From: Octopus bimaculoides
Taxonomy: Eukaryota
Direction of reading: 5' to 3'
Length of the DNA: 52,999 nt
NCBI RefSeq assembly: GCF_001194135.2
Contig: NC_068989.1
Location: 80,062,091 to 80,115,089 of the forward strand
In this document: positions 1-12,231 of the stretch, piece by piece
Layout: every line of letters starts with the position of its first letter
Numbering within the stretch: the first letter of the stretch is position 1
The notes under the pieces: model-generated
Told to the model about the DNA's origin: nothing
Seen by the model: the letters and a program-made list of their open reading frames with translations, nothing else
Databases searched by the model: none
Translations under genes and position numbers: made by a program

Positions 1-26
1 ATATATATATATATATATATAGATAG

Positions 27-83
<57 letters not shown>

Positions 84-700
84 AAGAAAGAGAGAGAGAG
101 AGAGAGAAAGAGAGACAGTATGTATTTAATTATGATATACTACCGTATACATCTAAATATACCTCTGTCCATTCGTACATACATACACAAGTGTTTATAT
201 GTATATGATATACACGAGAGTGCGTTTGTATGTGTATCTGTGAATGGAATCTGAGCAAACATGAAAGTCGCTCTAAAAATCTTTAATCGTGGCATTTATT
301 TGCCGAAACTCCTTTATAACAAGCTAGAAATTCATTGAGGCACTGAGAACAGTCTAGCTGAAATATATCAACAGGGAGAAAGGTCCGCTAATATCATTAT
401 ATCACAAAATTATGCATATATTTTCTTTACAGTAATTTTCTGGGGCAGTTAATTTTTTTCTGCAAATATTCACACAAAGATCAAGTACATGGTGAAACTG
501 TTTCCCATGGCATTTTACTATATATAGCAGTCGGTCAAGAAGTATCCGAGAGAAACCACCAAGATGTACAAGGAAACACAACCGACATATTTATACAGAA
601 CTGAGTATAACTTATCTTATAAAGAAAGCAACGGTATTTCCAACATTAAAAGATATTTAGAAAGCTTAAAATACTTTTGAGTAATAATTTATGTGATAGT

Positions 701-1081
701 TGCTGGCACTCCGTCGCTTACGACGTCGAGGATTCCAGTTGATCCGATCAACGGAACAGCCTGCTCGTGAAATTAACGTGCAAGTGGCCGAGCACTCCAT
801 AGACACGTGTACCCTTAACGTAGTTCTTGGGAGTATTCAGCGTGACACAATGTGACAAGGCTGACCCTTTGAATTACAGGCACAACAGAAACAGGAAGGA
901 AGAGTGAGAGAAAATTGTGGTGAAAGAGTACAGCGGGGTTCGCCACCATCCCCTGCCGGAGCCTCGTAGACTTTAGGTGTTTTCGCTCAATAAACACTCA
1001 CAACGCCCGGTCTGGGAATCGAAACCGCGATCCTATGACCGCGAGTCTGCTGCCCTTACCACTGGGCCATTGTGCCTGCAC
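701..1081 (-). mobile_element. tRNA-derived SINE, family C (about 380 bp), full length
   Basis: Reverse complement of the copies at 22509 and 30486. A-box-like TGGCCCAGTGG, B-box-like GGTTTCGATTCC. 11-bp TSD TATGTGATAGT at 690-700 and 1082-1092. Confidence 0.9.
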
Positions 1082-1225
1082 TATGTGATAGTGGAATATA
1101 CATAAACCCCAACAGCACACTGGCGATAAAGGAAATGTTTAACCCCATCGTGGCTCCGAGTTTTCTAATAATGTTTTTTGATTAGGTGACATAATGATTA
1201 CTTTTGTTTTTAATATTGGTCTCCA

Positions 1226-1292
1226 ATTTTGGCACAAGGCCCGCAATTTTTGGGAAGGGGGCCAGCCGATGACATCAACCCCAATGCTCAAC
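1226..1292 (-). mobile_element. 3' tail fragment of family M SINE
   Basis: aattttggcacaaggcccgcaatt...gccagccgatgacatcaacccca is the reverse complement of the tail at 6820-6891. Confidence 0.65.
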
Positions 1293-1844
1293 AATGAACA
1301 CTGTGTGCAAATAATCGACTTCAGCCTGCATTTGCTACCTATTGTTCAGTCTGAACTTCCATAAAGGCTAAGATAGTTGTGAGAGTAGCTGTTTGATTGG
1401 ATACTACTAATCTCGCTTGTATCGATGAGGTAGATCAATGTCACCTTCAGGCCATTTAGTGTCTATGAAGGGTTGTGTGTGTAGGGGGTGATGGTGTGTG
1501 CGTATGTGTGAGGAAGAGAGAGAGAAAGAGACAGTGCATGTATGTATAGAGTATATATTCTTCCGACGAGGGTGCCATGACCTTGACTAACGGATCCATA
1601 TGAATTTGAGTTATTTAATACCTACGATGTTATCAGTGTTTATCATAATATGGACTTGGTTGTTACGAAATAAGACATTGTTCACCGGAAACAGCTGTTA
1701 GGATAAAACTATTGCATAACGCATCAAAGTTTTAGTTTCTTTATTCCATACTCTGTGTTTTGTATTCAATGTTAATATACTCATAAATCCTACTTGTGTT
1801 TATATGCCTTTCTGCATATACATTTGTGTGTGGGGTAATGTGTT

Positions 1845-1917
<73 letters not shown>

Positions 1918-2249
1918 GCATATGTACATATAAAGACTTATATACATGCACACATGCACAAAAACATATTTTTGTATATGAATATGTTTGTGGGTATATG
2001 TATATGTGTGTGTGTATGCGTGTGTGTACTTATGTGTGTAAACATATATCCATATGCACATATAAATGTGTCTTGTGCGTAGGTGTTAAATGTACACATG
2101 TAGTTTAGTTTTACTTAAATGCTTACAGACAAACTTTTATTTCTGCACAAATAAATCTAGTCGTTTTTATAAAATATTACTTGACATTTCAATACATACT
2201 TGTTTGGTGGAAATGACTGGCTGATACATATTGCCATATATACGATGGT

Positions 2250-2300
<51 letters not shown>

Positions 2301-3088
2301 TTGAGGTATTTTCAATTATTTGAGTGGTTTATTGAAAGTTGAAGTAAAGTTAGAGTATGTTTGTATATGAAAACCAAGGTTGTATCCACAAACACCGTAG
2401 AAAACAAGCATAATGATATTAGATTATAAACTTTACTCCATGATAATTTTATTGGTGAGTTCAGGAAAAATAGATTCTTAATGCAAAGGATTTAGCATAA
2501 ACATGTTAATGCTAAGCAGGTAGGACTCCGGTTATCGCCTGTTTTATTCATAGTATTTGTTTTGTTTTTATTTTCTTTAGTGCCTCAGCAACAAGGTTTT
2601 ACATGAATAAGTAGATTGGAAAATGCTTAAGATTGCTTTTGAAGGAAAATATTGAGTTTATTCAAATGTAGTGATGAATCTGTTTACATAGGCAGACAAA
2701 AGTAACAGACAAATAGTCTTACAGCGCAATAATTCCCAAGTACTTAGCAACAAAGAAACCATCGTATATTTTTCAATATTAGTCAACCATTGTAAACTAA
2801 GGCTACTTCATTTAAATGTAACCTAAATTTTGGTTAGTTTAACTACCAAACTATTTTTTGCTCAACTCTCATCATAACATTCAAATCATTAATAACTACA
2901 TATTACGCTCAGTACCCCATAACAGTGCTCCGCAACATTTTTTCACTTGCGGTACACTTATATTCTTTTCAAAATTCTGTGGCACACCGGATCTGGAATT
3001 ATCACCCTTTGCTGTGAACCCATATACGCAAGATTTTTCGGGTACCGTGAACTATTGGTGATCCAACCGGTCAAGGATAGAAGGATAG

Positions 3089-3133
<45 letters not shown>

Positions 3134-3136
<3 letters not shown>

Positions 3137-3268
3137 GACGGGATTCTGTTAGTTTCCATCAACCAAATTCACTCACAAGGCTTCGATTAGCCTGAGGCAA
3201 TAGTAGGAGATACTCGCTCAAGATGCCACGCAGTGGGACTAAACTCGGAACCGTGTGGTTGGGAAACA
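3134..3268 (-). mobile_element. 5' half of family B (CORE-like) SINE, cut by an assembly gap
   Basis: Matches 41500-41649 (agtttcc..accaaat.cactcacaaggct...gccacgcagtgggact.aac.cggaacc). Confidence 0.8.
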
Positions 3269-3652
3269 NNNNNNNNNNNNNNNNNNNNNNNNNNNNNNNN
3301 NNNNNNNNNNNNNNNNNNNNNNNNNNNNNNNNNNNNNNNNNNNNNNNNNNNNNNNNNNNNNNNNNNNNNNNNNNNNNNNNNNNNNNNNNNNNNNNNNNNN
3401 NNNNNNNNNNNNNNNNNNNNNNNNNNNNNNNNNNNNNNNNNNNNNNNNNNNNNNNNNNNNNNNNNNNNNNNNNNNNNNNNNNNNNNNNNNNNNNNNNNNN
3501 NNNNNNNNNNNNNNNNNNNNNNNNNNNNNNNNNNNNNNNNNNNNNNNNNNNNNNNNNNNNNNNNNNNNNNNNNNNNNNNNNNNNNNNNNNNNNNNNNNNN
3601 NNNNNNNNNNNNNNNNNNNNNNNNNNNNNNNNNNNNNNNNNNNNNNNNNNNN

Positions 3653-3713
<61 letters not shown>

Positions 3714-4661
3714 TACAAGCACAGGCACACACACCTACCTATACACACAAACAAATATATAGAAAGCACATTTTTGAAGTATACAATGTACAAGAAATAG
3801 CAACGAGCTATATCTTTTATTAATCTTACATATTAAACCAGATATTTTCCACTCAATATTATATAATCCGAAGATAACAAGGCGTTGAATTTCAACAATA
3901 TAGCCTTGATATATACAGAAACCTCTTCAATCGAAGTGTATACAATATGTAAGAAATATATTCCATTTCAATGAAAAATTCGTAGTGTTTTGTATGTCAA
4001 CGGCATGGTCTAAGCAGCTTATAGTAGATGAATTTGTAAGAATTATGTTTCAATTCGTCCATAACGCATAACATTCTAAATTTCTTCCTTCTCAGATAAT
4101 ATCTTGTTCAGGAAAAAGAAATAGCGTGTATACAGATAGAACAAAGAACGGAAGAAAGAATATTCGTCACCTTTACCCTTGCTCTATTTCTCTTTATCCC
4201 TTTCTCGCTTTCTCTGTACGCTTTCGCTCTTTCCTTCCCTCATTTTGTTCCATTCTCCTCCGGTAAGTTGCTAAAATATACTCTATCCAATATAAACAGG
4301 ATGTGGCTTTCATTCTGAAGTAAGATTTTATGACCGTAAAGTAAGTAACAGTTCTCTTTATCGACATAGATATATAGAGAAGTGCAATCAACGCTTTCTG
4401 TAAATTGTAATACCTCATTCCAGGATCACGTGACAAACACCAAACGAAGGCGGAACAAAAATCACTTAAAATGTCATTACTTAAGGTTTAACATTTCAAC
4501 GCCATTATATATTCGGATATTTCCATTCAATCCGTTTTCCTTTAGTTATACTTGTGTCAGTCAATGGACTTTGCCCTTCCTGGAGCACATTACTGCTTTC
4601 AAGGATTTATAGTGGATTATATCGAGACTGGTTATAAAAGAAGATTCTTCGTTTATTACGT

Positions 4662-4982
4662 ATGGCAATGTGGTTATGTGGTTACGAAGATCACTTTATA
4701 ACCACGTTGTTTCGTATTCAATTCCGCTGCACGGCACCTTGAGCGAGGGTCTTCTACTATGATGCGTGGTCGACCAAAGCCTTCTAAGTGAATTTGGTAG
4801 ACGGAAACTGAAAGAAGTCTGTTGTATACCTCCCCCCCCCACCGATATATGTGTGTGTGCGTGCCTGTTTGTGTGTTTTTATCTGCGTCTGTGTGTTTGT
4901 GTGTTTGTGTGTGCCCTCACCACCGCTTGATAACTGTTATTGATATGTTAACGACACCGTAACTTAACGTCAGCGAAAGATT
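4662..4982 (+). mobile_element. Family B (CORE-like) SINE, diverged, with internal (TG)n
   Basis: ggcaccttgagc..tcttctactat..gaccaaagcctt..tttggtagacggaaactgaaagaag, then microsatellite, then caccgcttgataac..cgtaacttaacg. Confidence 0.8.
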
Positions 4983-5112
4983 CTTCTACTATATAGCCCC
5001 GGATCAGCCAATAAGTCATGATGCAGGACAGAAACTGTATAGGAGTATGTTGTACATAAGAACATGTGTGCATGTGTCTATCTGTGGGGGGAGAGATATA
5101 TACAGAGAGAAG

Positions 5113-5151
<39 letters not shown>

Positions 5152-6458
5152 CGTGTGTGTGTGTGTGTGTGTGNNNNNNNNNNNNNNNNNNNNNNNNNNN
5201 NNNNNNNNNNNNNNNNNNNNNNNNNNNNNNNNNNNNNNNNNNNNNNNNNNNNNNNNNNNNNNNNNNNNNNNNNNNNNNNNNNNNNNNNNNNNNNNNNNNN
5301 NNNNNNNNNNNNNNNNNNNNNNNNNNNNNNNNNNNNNNNNNNNNNNNNNNNNNNNNNNNNNNNNNNNNNNNNNNNNNNNNNNNNNNNNNNNNNNNNNNNN
5401 NNNNNNNNNNNNNNNNNNNNNNNNNNNNNNNNNNNNNNNNNNNNNNNNNNNNNNNNNNNNNNNNNNNNNNNNNNNNNNNNNNNNNNNNNNNNNNNNNNNN
5501 NNNNNNNNNNNNNNNNNNNNNNNNNNNNNNNNNNNNNNNNNNNNNNNNNNNNNNNNNNNNNNNNNNNNNNNNNNNNNNNNNNNNNNNNNNNNNNNNNNNN
5601 NNNNNNNNNNNNNNNNNNNNNNNNNNNNNNNNNNNNNNNNNNNNNNNNNNNNNNNNNNNNNNNNNNNNNNNNNNNNNNNNNNNNNNNNNNNNNNNNNNNN
5701 NNNNNNNNNNNNNNNNNNNNNNNNNNNNNNNNNNNNNNNNNNNNNNNNNNNNNNNNNNNNNNNNNNNNNNNNNNNNNNNNNNNNNNNNNNNNTATATATA
5801 TATATATATATGGAATTTTGATTTACTATCGTATGAGTTTTGGACCACTCTGTTTATATATATATATATATGCACAGACACTCAGAGGCACACACATACA
5901 CACATACACACACATGTATATATACATTGGCCATAAGACGTTTTGTCGCAGTAGCTCGTAAAATTTGAATATCTGATACTATTGAAACAACTAACCAGAA
6001 GTTATATATCCATTACAAAGAGAATATATTTGGGATCTACTGATGTTTGCAGCGAGTTTTAAGAAGATCATAATGAATAATGAATGAAAGAAGAAATCAA
6101 ATGCATATCCAATTGCTATGATAATCTTCGACACTATCCAGTGTCATCTGACAATATTCCCAAAGTCAATAAACGGATCATGAAATCTATGGAATTCATG
6201 CAAGAAAATGTTTTATATATTCAGGTACAGTAACTGATCTTAAAAGCAACAGTAACTAATAGCATGGATAATAACATGGAAAATATTATGAATACAATTG
6301 AATAATTAAAATAAATACAATTAATTCTAATGCCCTTGAGTGAAAGACGATTATAATATTTATAGGTTTCTTTTAGGTCGAGGAAGAAATATCGTCTGAG
6401 TTATAGGAAACAACTGCTTGGGATTACTCTTACACTGCTTAATAATCGTCATATTCAA

Positions 6459-6891
6459 GGTGGTGAGCTGGCAGAAACGTTAGCACGCCGGGCGAAATGC
6501 TAAGCAGTATTTCGTCTGCCTTTATGTTCTGAGTTCAAATTCCGCCGAAGTCGACTTTGCCTTTCATCCTTACGGGGTCGATAAATTAAGTACCAGTTAC
6601 ACACTGGGATCGATGTAATTGACTTAATCCCTTCGCCTGTCCTTGTTTGTCCCCTCTACGTTTAGCCCCTTGTTGACAATAAAGAAATGAGAAACGTTAG
6701 CACGACGGGCGAAATGCTTAGCGGTATTTTCGTCTGTCATTACGTCCTGAGTTCAAATTCCGTCAAAGTCGACGTTGCCTTTCATTCTTACGGGGTCGAT
6801 AAATTAAGTACTAGTTGCGTATTTGGGTCGATCTAGTTGACTGGCCCCCTCCTCCCAAAAAATTTCGGGCCTTGTGCCTAGAGTAGAAAAG
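6459..6891 (+). mobile_element. Family M SINE, head-to-tail dimer (217-bp period)
   Basis: AGAAACGTTAGCACG at 6473 and 6690. B-box GAGTTCAAATTCC in both units. 18-bp TSD aataatcgt(c/t)atattcaa at 6441-6458 and 6892-6909. The central CTTTCATCCTT.CGGGGTCGATAAATTAAGTACCAG resembles, from memory, the Meta/MESC-type SINE core. Confidence 0.9.
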
Positions 6892-7059
6892 AATAATCGT
6901 TATATTCAATATAAATTTCAATACTTCTATTACTCATTTACTCTTTTATTTGTTTCAGCTCGTGAGCTCTGACCACGGTTGACCACTGTCTTTGGTTTTG
7001 CTACATTTTCATTAATCCCCCTCTTATAGTTGGCACTTAGTTAATCAGGAACTTTGATG

Positions 7060-7270
7060 TTGTCCTTGTTTGCGTTTCCTGGCTGAATTTAGCTCATCTG
7101 AAACCTTTTACAGTAGGAGATCCTGTCTTACTTTCAAAGTATGTACATCTGCCCTATTTAGATCTCTCGAGGCTTTCGGAACGATGCTGGAGACCTGTGA
7201 ACCCTTGAATCTCAAGCAATTTCAGTGTATGTTCTTGTATTTTGGTGGCAACGGTGGAATCTTTGGCACT
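7060..7270 (-). pseudogene. Possible RTE-type LINE 3' ORF remnant
   Basis: Frameshifted minus-strand peptides VPKI..TKIQEHTLKL and RSK*GRCTY..KTG loosely fit the RTE C-terminus (LPKISTKIQERRL..GRP..TY..DTG). Confidence 0.3.
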
Positions 7271-8748
7271 ATGCGGTGACGCCCTCTCCAGATCTATCTA
7301 AAATTATGGATTTCCGGTGTTAAAGTATATTCATAAAAATGTGTTTATTACCTATTTTGTAAATCATTTTTTGTACTCTGCTTACCGACACGACATTGAT
7401 GCATTGTTCTACTATTTCTATATTAATATGTTATTGAAGTCACTGTTTTGCCTTCAGAGCACACTGGCATCACAAATCATTATAGTAATCCCAATTTGTG
7501 TGTGTGTACTGAAACAAGAATAATGTTGACAGTGACTTCAACGTTTCGGCCAGTTAAACCATCGTCGGACTGCAGCTTGACGATCACCTAACTGCCCTTC
7601 GAAATCACTACCAGCAATAATCTCGTTTAAGAATAAACTTGTACTCAACAAAAGTATAGAGTAACCCATCAGATCAGTGTAAAAGTCTTTTAGTTATAAC
7701 TAAACAAGAAAAAACACATTAACACACACACGCATGAATACGTGTGTGGGTGTGTGTGTATGTGTGTATGTGTGGTGTGTGGATGTGTGTATGTGTGTAT
7801 GTGTCGGTATGTCATCGTTTATCAGTCAGGTTATGTCTATTTGCATGGAGTATTAGCAACATTTTTGCTGTCGTAATTTCTTAGCGTGTTAAAAATATTA
7901 CTGATTCTATTATAGTCTAAGTAGGCTTTCAGCATTCACTATTTCCCTGTGTATCAAGTATTGTATGTGTGAATAGATATATGTTCAGTCTAACCATCTT
8001 TCGTTAAATTTTAAAATTTCGCTTCCGCGTGCAAATATAGAATCTACGACTTGTGCTCGCATATATGCCAGAAACACTTTTGTCTATGTATGCACGTATT
8101 TAGATACTTATATGTGTATACATGTATACGTGTATTAGCATGTGTATTTCTATATGAAATTATACATTTATATTTCTTTTTACGTAAGAGGAAGAAAAAA
8201 TAAAATTAATATTTAAACCATAATGACTTAAATAACCATAGGCTTATCGTTAACTTTTTAAAACAATAAAATATTTTCAAGACGTGGAATAAAAATACTG
8301 AAGAACGAATTTGGTGGTATCAAGTATGTTTTTGATATTCTACAGCATAAGATGAAATTCTAAGCCTCAAGAAAGTCAATTAAGTGTATATTTTCTACAA
8401 TTCTTTTGTATCTTCTCAACTAAAACAATGAAAAATTCAATATAGTAACCGAAAGACTTATATACCATTCTCAAACTACGAACAATTAAATTCTTTATCG
8501 CATTTTCAGATATCATAGACTATAAAACTAAAAAAAACTTAGAAAGCTAAAAATATCACCCACAACCTCTTCTCTCTCTCTCCTCTCCCTCCCTCTCTTT
8601 CTCCCTCTATTTTTCTCTCTTTCTCTCCTTTCTCCCTCTCGCTACCTCTCTCTTCGCTTTTCTTCTGCCCATCTCACTCTACCCTTCCTAATCCAAGGAC
8701 TACAATGGCGAGCTTGAATAAGCGTAATGTTATGTCAGACCAGAGTAA

Positions 8749-9342
8749 GGATCTTTTTTAAAACGGGGGCCACATTTTTCATTAACGAAACACTTTGAAA
8801 CTTGGAACACTGGTAGAATGTGTCATATAAAACAACTTTTTCTCTTAGTCTTCTTAAAAAAAAAAAGAAATCCATAAGTTATTCCATGTGAAAGTTGTCG
8901 TATTTCTGTAATTTCAACCAATCACTGACGTCCATTCAGCCGATATACATTAAGTGCCGACTACATAAACAAACGATTCTGAAACAATTAACCCTAACCC
9001 TAACCCTAACCCTAACCCTAGGGTTAGGGTTAGGGTTAGGGTTAGGGTTAAAGCAAATTTAAAATGAAAAAAGCAAATAAAACGAAGGTATGGAGATTAA
9101 ATACGCTTTACATCACTTAATCAGCCAAAGGAGTAAATGTAAACAACTGAATACTTGTCAGTGATTGGTTGAAATTATCGAAATAAGACAATTTTTTACA
9201 TGAAATAAATTCGAATACAAAAATATTTTTCTGTTCTATAACACAAAATAGATAAGTATACGAAGTTTGAAAGTCTTTCCGTACCAAAAACACTACGTAA
9301 AAACATTAATGAAAAATGTGGCCCCTGTTTTAAAATAGATCC
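8749..9342. mobile_element. Non-autonomous DNA transposon (MITE), Merlin-like by 5'-GG termini and 8-bp TSD
   Basis: 37-bp TIRs at 8749-8785 and 9306-9342 (2 mismatches). TSD CAGAGTAA at 8741-8748 and 9343-9350. Inner perfect 21-bp inverted repeat at 8909-8929 / 9157-9177. No ORF. Confidence 0.9.
8988..9051. repeat. Perfect 64-bp palindrome of telomeric repeats, (CCCTAA)5 then (TTAGGG)5
   Basis: ttaaccctaaccctaaccctaaccctaaccct|agggttagggttagggttagggttagggttaa, with the axis between 9019 and 9020. Confidence 0.95.
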
Positions 9343-9429
9343 CAGAGTAATAATCTAGAAGGATTAAATATCGATAGAAATACGAATGTTATGCAAACTA
9401 CTCATATGACTACACCTAACTTGAAATGT

Positions 9430-9460
9430 AATGATAATAATATTAATAGGAATAACGATG

Positions 9461-9525
<65 letters not shown>

Positions 9526-9526
9526 C
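9430..9526. repeat. (AAT)n microsatellite
   Basis: Direct reading. Confidence 0.95.
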
Positions 9527-10526
9527 ATAGTGAACCGAGGACGGTACAGTCTAATTGTATTACTAATCCTGCTTGCGCATGCTTTACTATACCTAGCCGT
9601 CGCTGCTGCCAAATATCTATTGTCGATCTGATTAGCATCCATCACGTGTCAGATACTGAGATACCACCCGTGGCTACACTGAATAGTAGTCACATTCCTG
9701 ATAGAGTGCGCAAAATGACATGCATGAGGCTTGGGTGGTAAATGAAACTCACGAATATTTCATAAATAGTCGCCTACCAACGGATAGACGAAATAACTCC
9801 AGTGTATATGAACTTCGAGCGCATCACTTTATCTCGTTAAGTAATGACCTCCCTGCTTTTGTGGGAAATAACATTATCTACTATGGCAATTGTACCGAAT
9901 CTTTAAATCAAATTCATGTTCTTAATTTGTCACCGAGCTGTAATAATGATTATAATGTTAATAATAATAGCAATAATAATACTAAAAACAATTATGAAAC
10001 GATTAGCAACGAAAATGCAACTGTCTGAACTGAAGTAATTTTCCTCTTAAAGGGTCCTATCTAACTAATAATATCGTTCGAAAATGTAATATAAAAACTT
10101 ACGCTAACAATTTTACCTACATAGGGCGTCCTCATGTGATTTCAAATCGAGATTGCGTAGGCACTTCTAGTCCTTTAAACAGCGTCATAAAGTTACCATC
10201 CCATCCAATTAAAGGACAATAATGCTCAATTTTAGATTACATGGAGCATAGCTAGGAGAGACCTACGATTGGAATACAGTTGATGATGTGTCTACTTCAT
10301 CAGCTATAAACGGCGGTAAACAGCATTAACAATAATAACGACAAATATCATTATCAAAACACCTTCTGTCTTGCGCTTACATAATGTTTAACATTGAAAA
10401 CATATTTCTAGGAAGGAATCATTCCACAGAACTGTAACTTTCTCAGCGCCTGTATGACGTCAAGTCCTCAGGATGAAAGACAGACCCAATACTGCGCAAG
10501 TGAGTCAATCCCACCTAGCGAAAGAT

Positions 10527-10588
10527 CGTATCAAATGGCCCAAGACGAATGGCAGCAATTAGACTAAGACCTCAGCAAAATATTAGAT
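10527..10588 (+). pseudogene. Tiny HERO/NeSL-like non-LTR retrotransposon remnant
   Basis: RIKWPK / EWQQLD*DLSKILD across a frameshift resembles the RIKWP....W.Q.DED...IL motif upstream of the RT in HERO-type elements. Confidence 0.4.
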
Positions 10589-11179
10589 TACACGTTAGCA
10601 TGTACTACTGACCAAAATGTGACTACACGTGTAACTATCACATTCAGTTTGCCGAAAGATTGCCTTTGAATAGACAAGAGATACAATACATGAGGGGAGA
10701 AATCAAGACCCTCAATAACCAGTGTAAGAGATCTGCTCACGAAGAAAGTCATGGCACCAAGAACATAACAAGCTCCGAGAATGTCTGAGCAGATTTAGAA
10801 GAGTGGTGAGGCAAGGGTGGGGGACCAAACGATCGTAGTTTATTAATAATATAAAGAGAAATATAAACATTGAAGAAAAAAATTCTGTTTCTCAAGTATA
10901 TTTTTGATAAACCATAATACAATGTGAACTTATTAGGTCCAATGTAAGGCAATAAGCATATTTATTTCCTGCCTTGTGAAGTAAATTTTTAAAATAAAAC
11001 TCAGTATGTTGTTACATATGTAATTTAATCTTATATCATGTCATTCTAAAATAAAAATAACACTTAATTTCCTTATCTTGTATTGGAAACTTAAATACAA
11101 AAGTTAGAAACAATTGAATCTATCTCCTTATCTGTCTGTCTGTTTATCCGTCTGTTTCTCTGTCTGTATGTCAGACACA

Positions 11180-11271
<92 letters not shown>

Positions 11272-11414
11272 CTATCTCTATCTCTCTCTCGATATATATG
11301 TTTGTGTGTGTGTGTGTATAAATATATGTATATAAAAAATGTTTGTATTACATTATATTATTTTACCTTATATTATATTACATATTATCTAATATATTAT
11401 ACGTGTGTGTATGT

Positions 11415-11725
11415 GAAGGCGCATTGCTCAGTGTTTAGAACATCGGGCTCACAATAATGTGGTAGTGAGTTCGATTCCAGGATCAAGCTGTTTGATGTAT
11501 TCTTGAGCAAGATACGTTACTCCAATTCACTCAGCTATACGAATGAGTTGAGACGGTACCGGGGCCAAGCTGGATCAGTCTTTGCCTTTCTCTTCGATGA
11601 CATCGATGTCGTTGGGAGGGGATTTTGTTATGCATGGGTGACAGCGGGTCCTTGCCCTGACATGTGCTTCGGAGGATAACTTTCTAGGCGCAATCCCATG
11701 GTCATTCATGACCGAAGGGGGTCTT
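11415..11725 (+). mobile_element. tRNA-derived SINE, family D
   Basis: Head gaaggcgcattgctcagtg..gagttcgattcc. Body ttgagcaagatac..cactcagct..atgcatgggtgac..ggtcattcatgaccgaaggg, shared with 46633-46882. Confidence 0.8.
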
Positions 11726-12107
11726 CTCTTCTCTCCACACACACACACATATATATAGTAATATAACATAATATAATGTATATATGTCGTATAAAAATCT
11801 ATAAGTCACAAACAAATGTGAATCCATAATTTCTCAACAGAGTAAGTATAGTAATTAAAGTGTACAGTATTATATATCTATTACGGGGATATTAAATGGA
11901 CGTTAGATAGCAGCACATTTAAGCAATACCGCATGTTCGTAAGAGCCAGCAGATATGAGAAAGTTTAGAGGATTTTTTCTACACATGTCATCCCTGATGA
12001 GCATATAGTTTAACTCAAACCTAGTGTTACCTAACATCTGTTTTAATATCCAGTGTGAAACCGATTGTTAACGCGGTCGTAATGAATATATACTAATGTA
12101 CAATATT

Positions 12108-12231
<124 letters not shown>

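Noticed and set aside
3159-5961. Long ORFs spanning N runs (also 26994-27794, 34556-35139, 47722-48200)
   Set aside because: Open only because N codons and dinucleotide repeats contain no stops.
6088-6406. Possible exon pair (..QENVLYIQ|gtacag ... ttcttttag|VEEEISSEL*)
   Set aside because: Plausible splice signals but no clear upstream acceptor, an early stop and no recognisable protein.
7533-7572. Third hammerhead-like motif (minus: CCGACGAT-GG..CC-GAAACGTT)
   Set aside because: Core is mutated, stem I does not pair, and there is no second copy in the window.
8988-9051. Ancestral chromosome end-to-end fusion site
   Set aside because: Polarity is CCCTAA then TTAGGG (a fusion gives the reverse) and it lies inside a TSD-flanked MITE.
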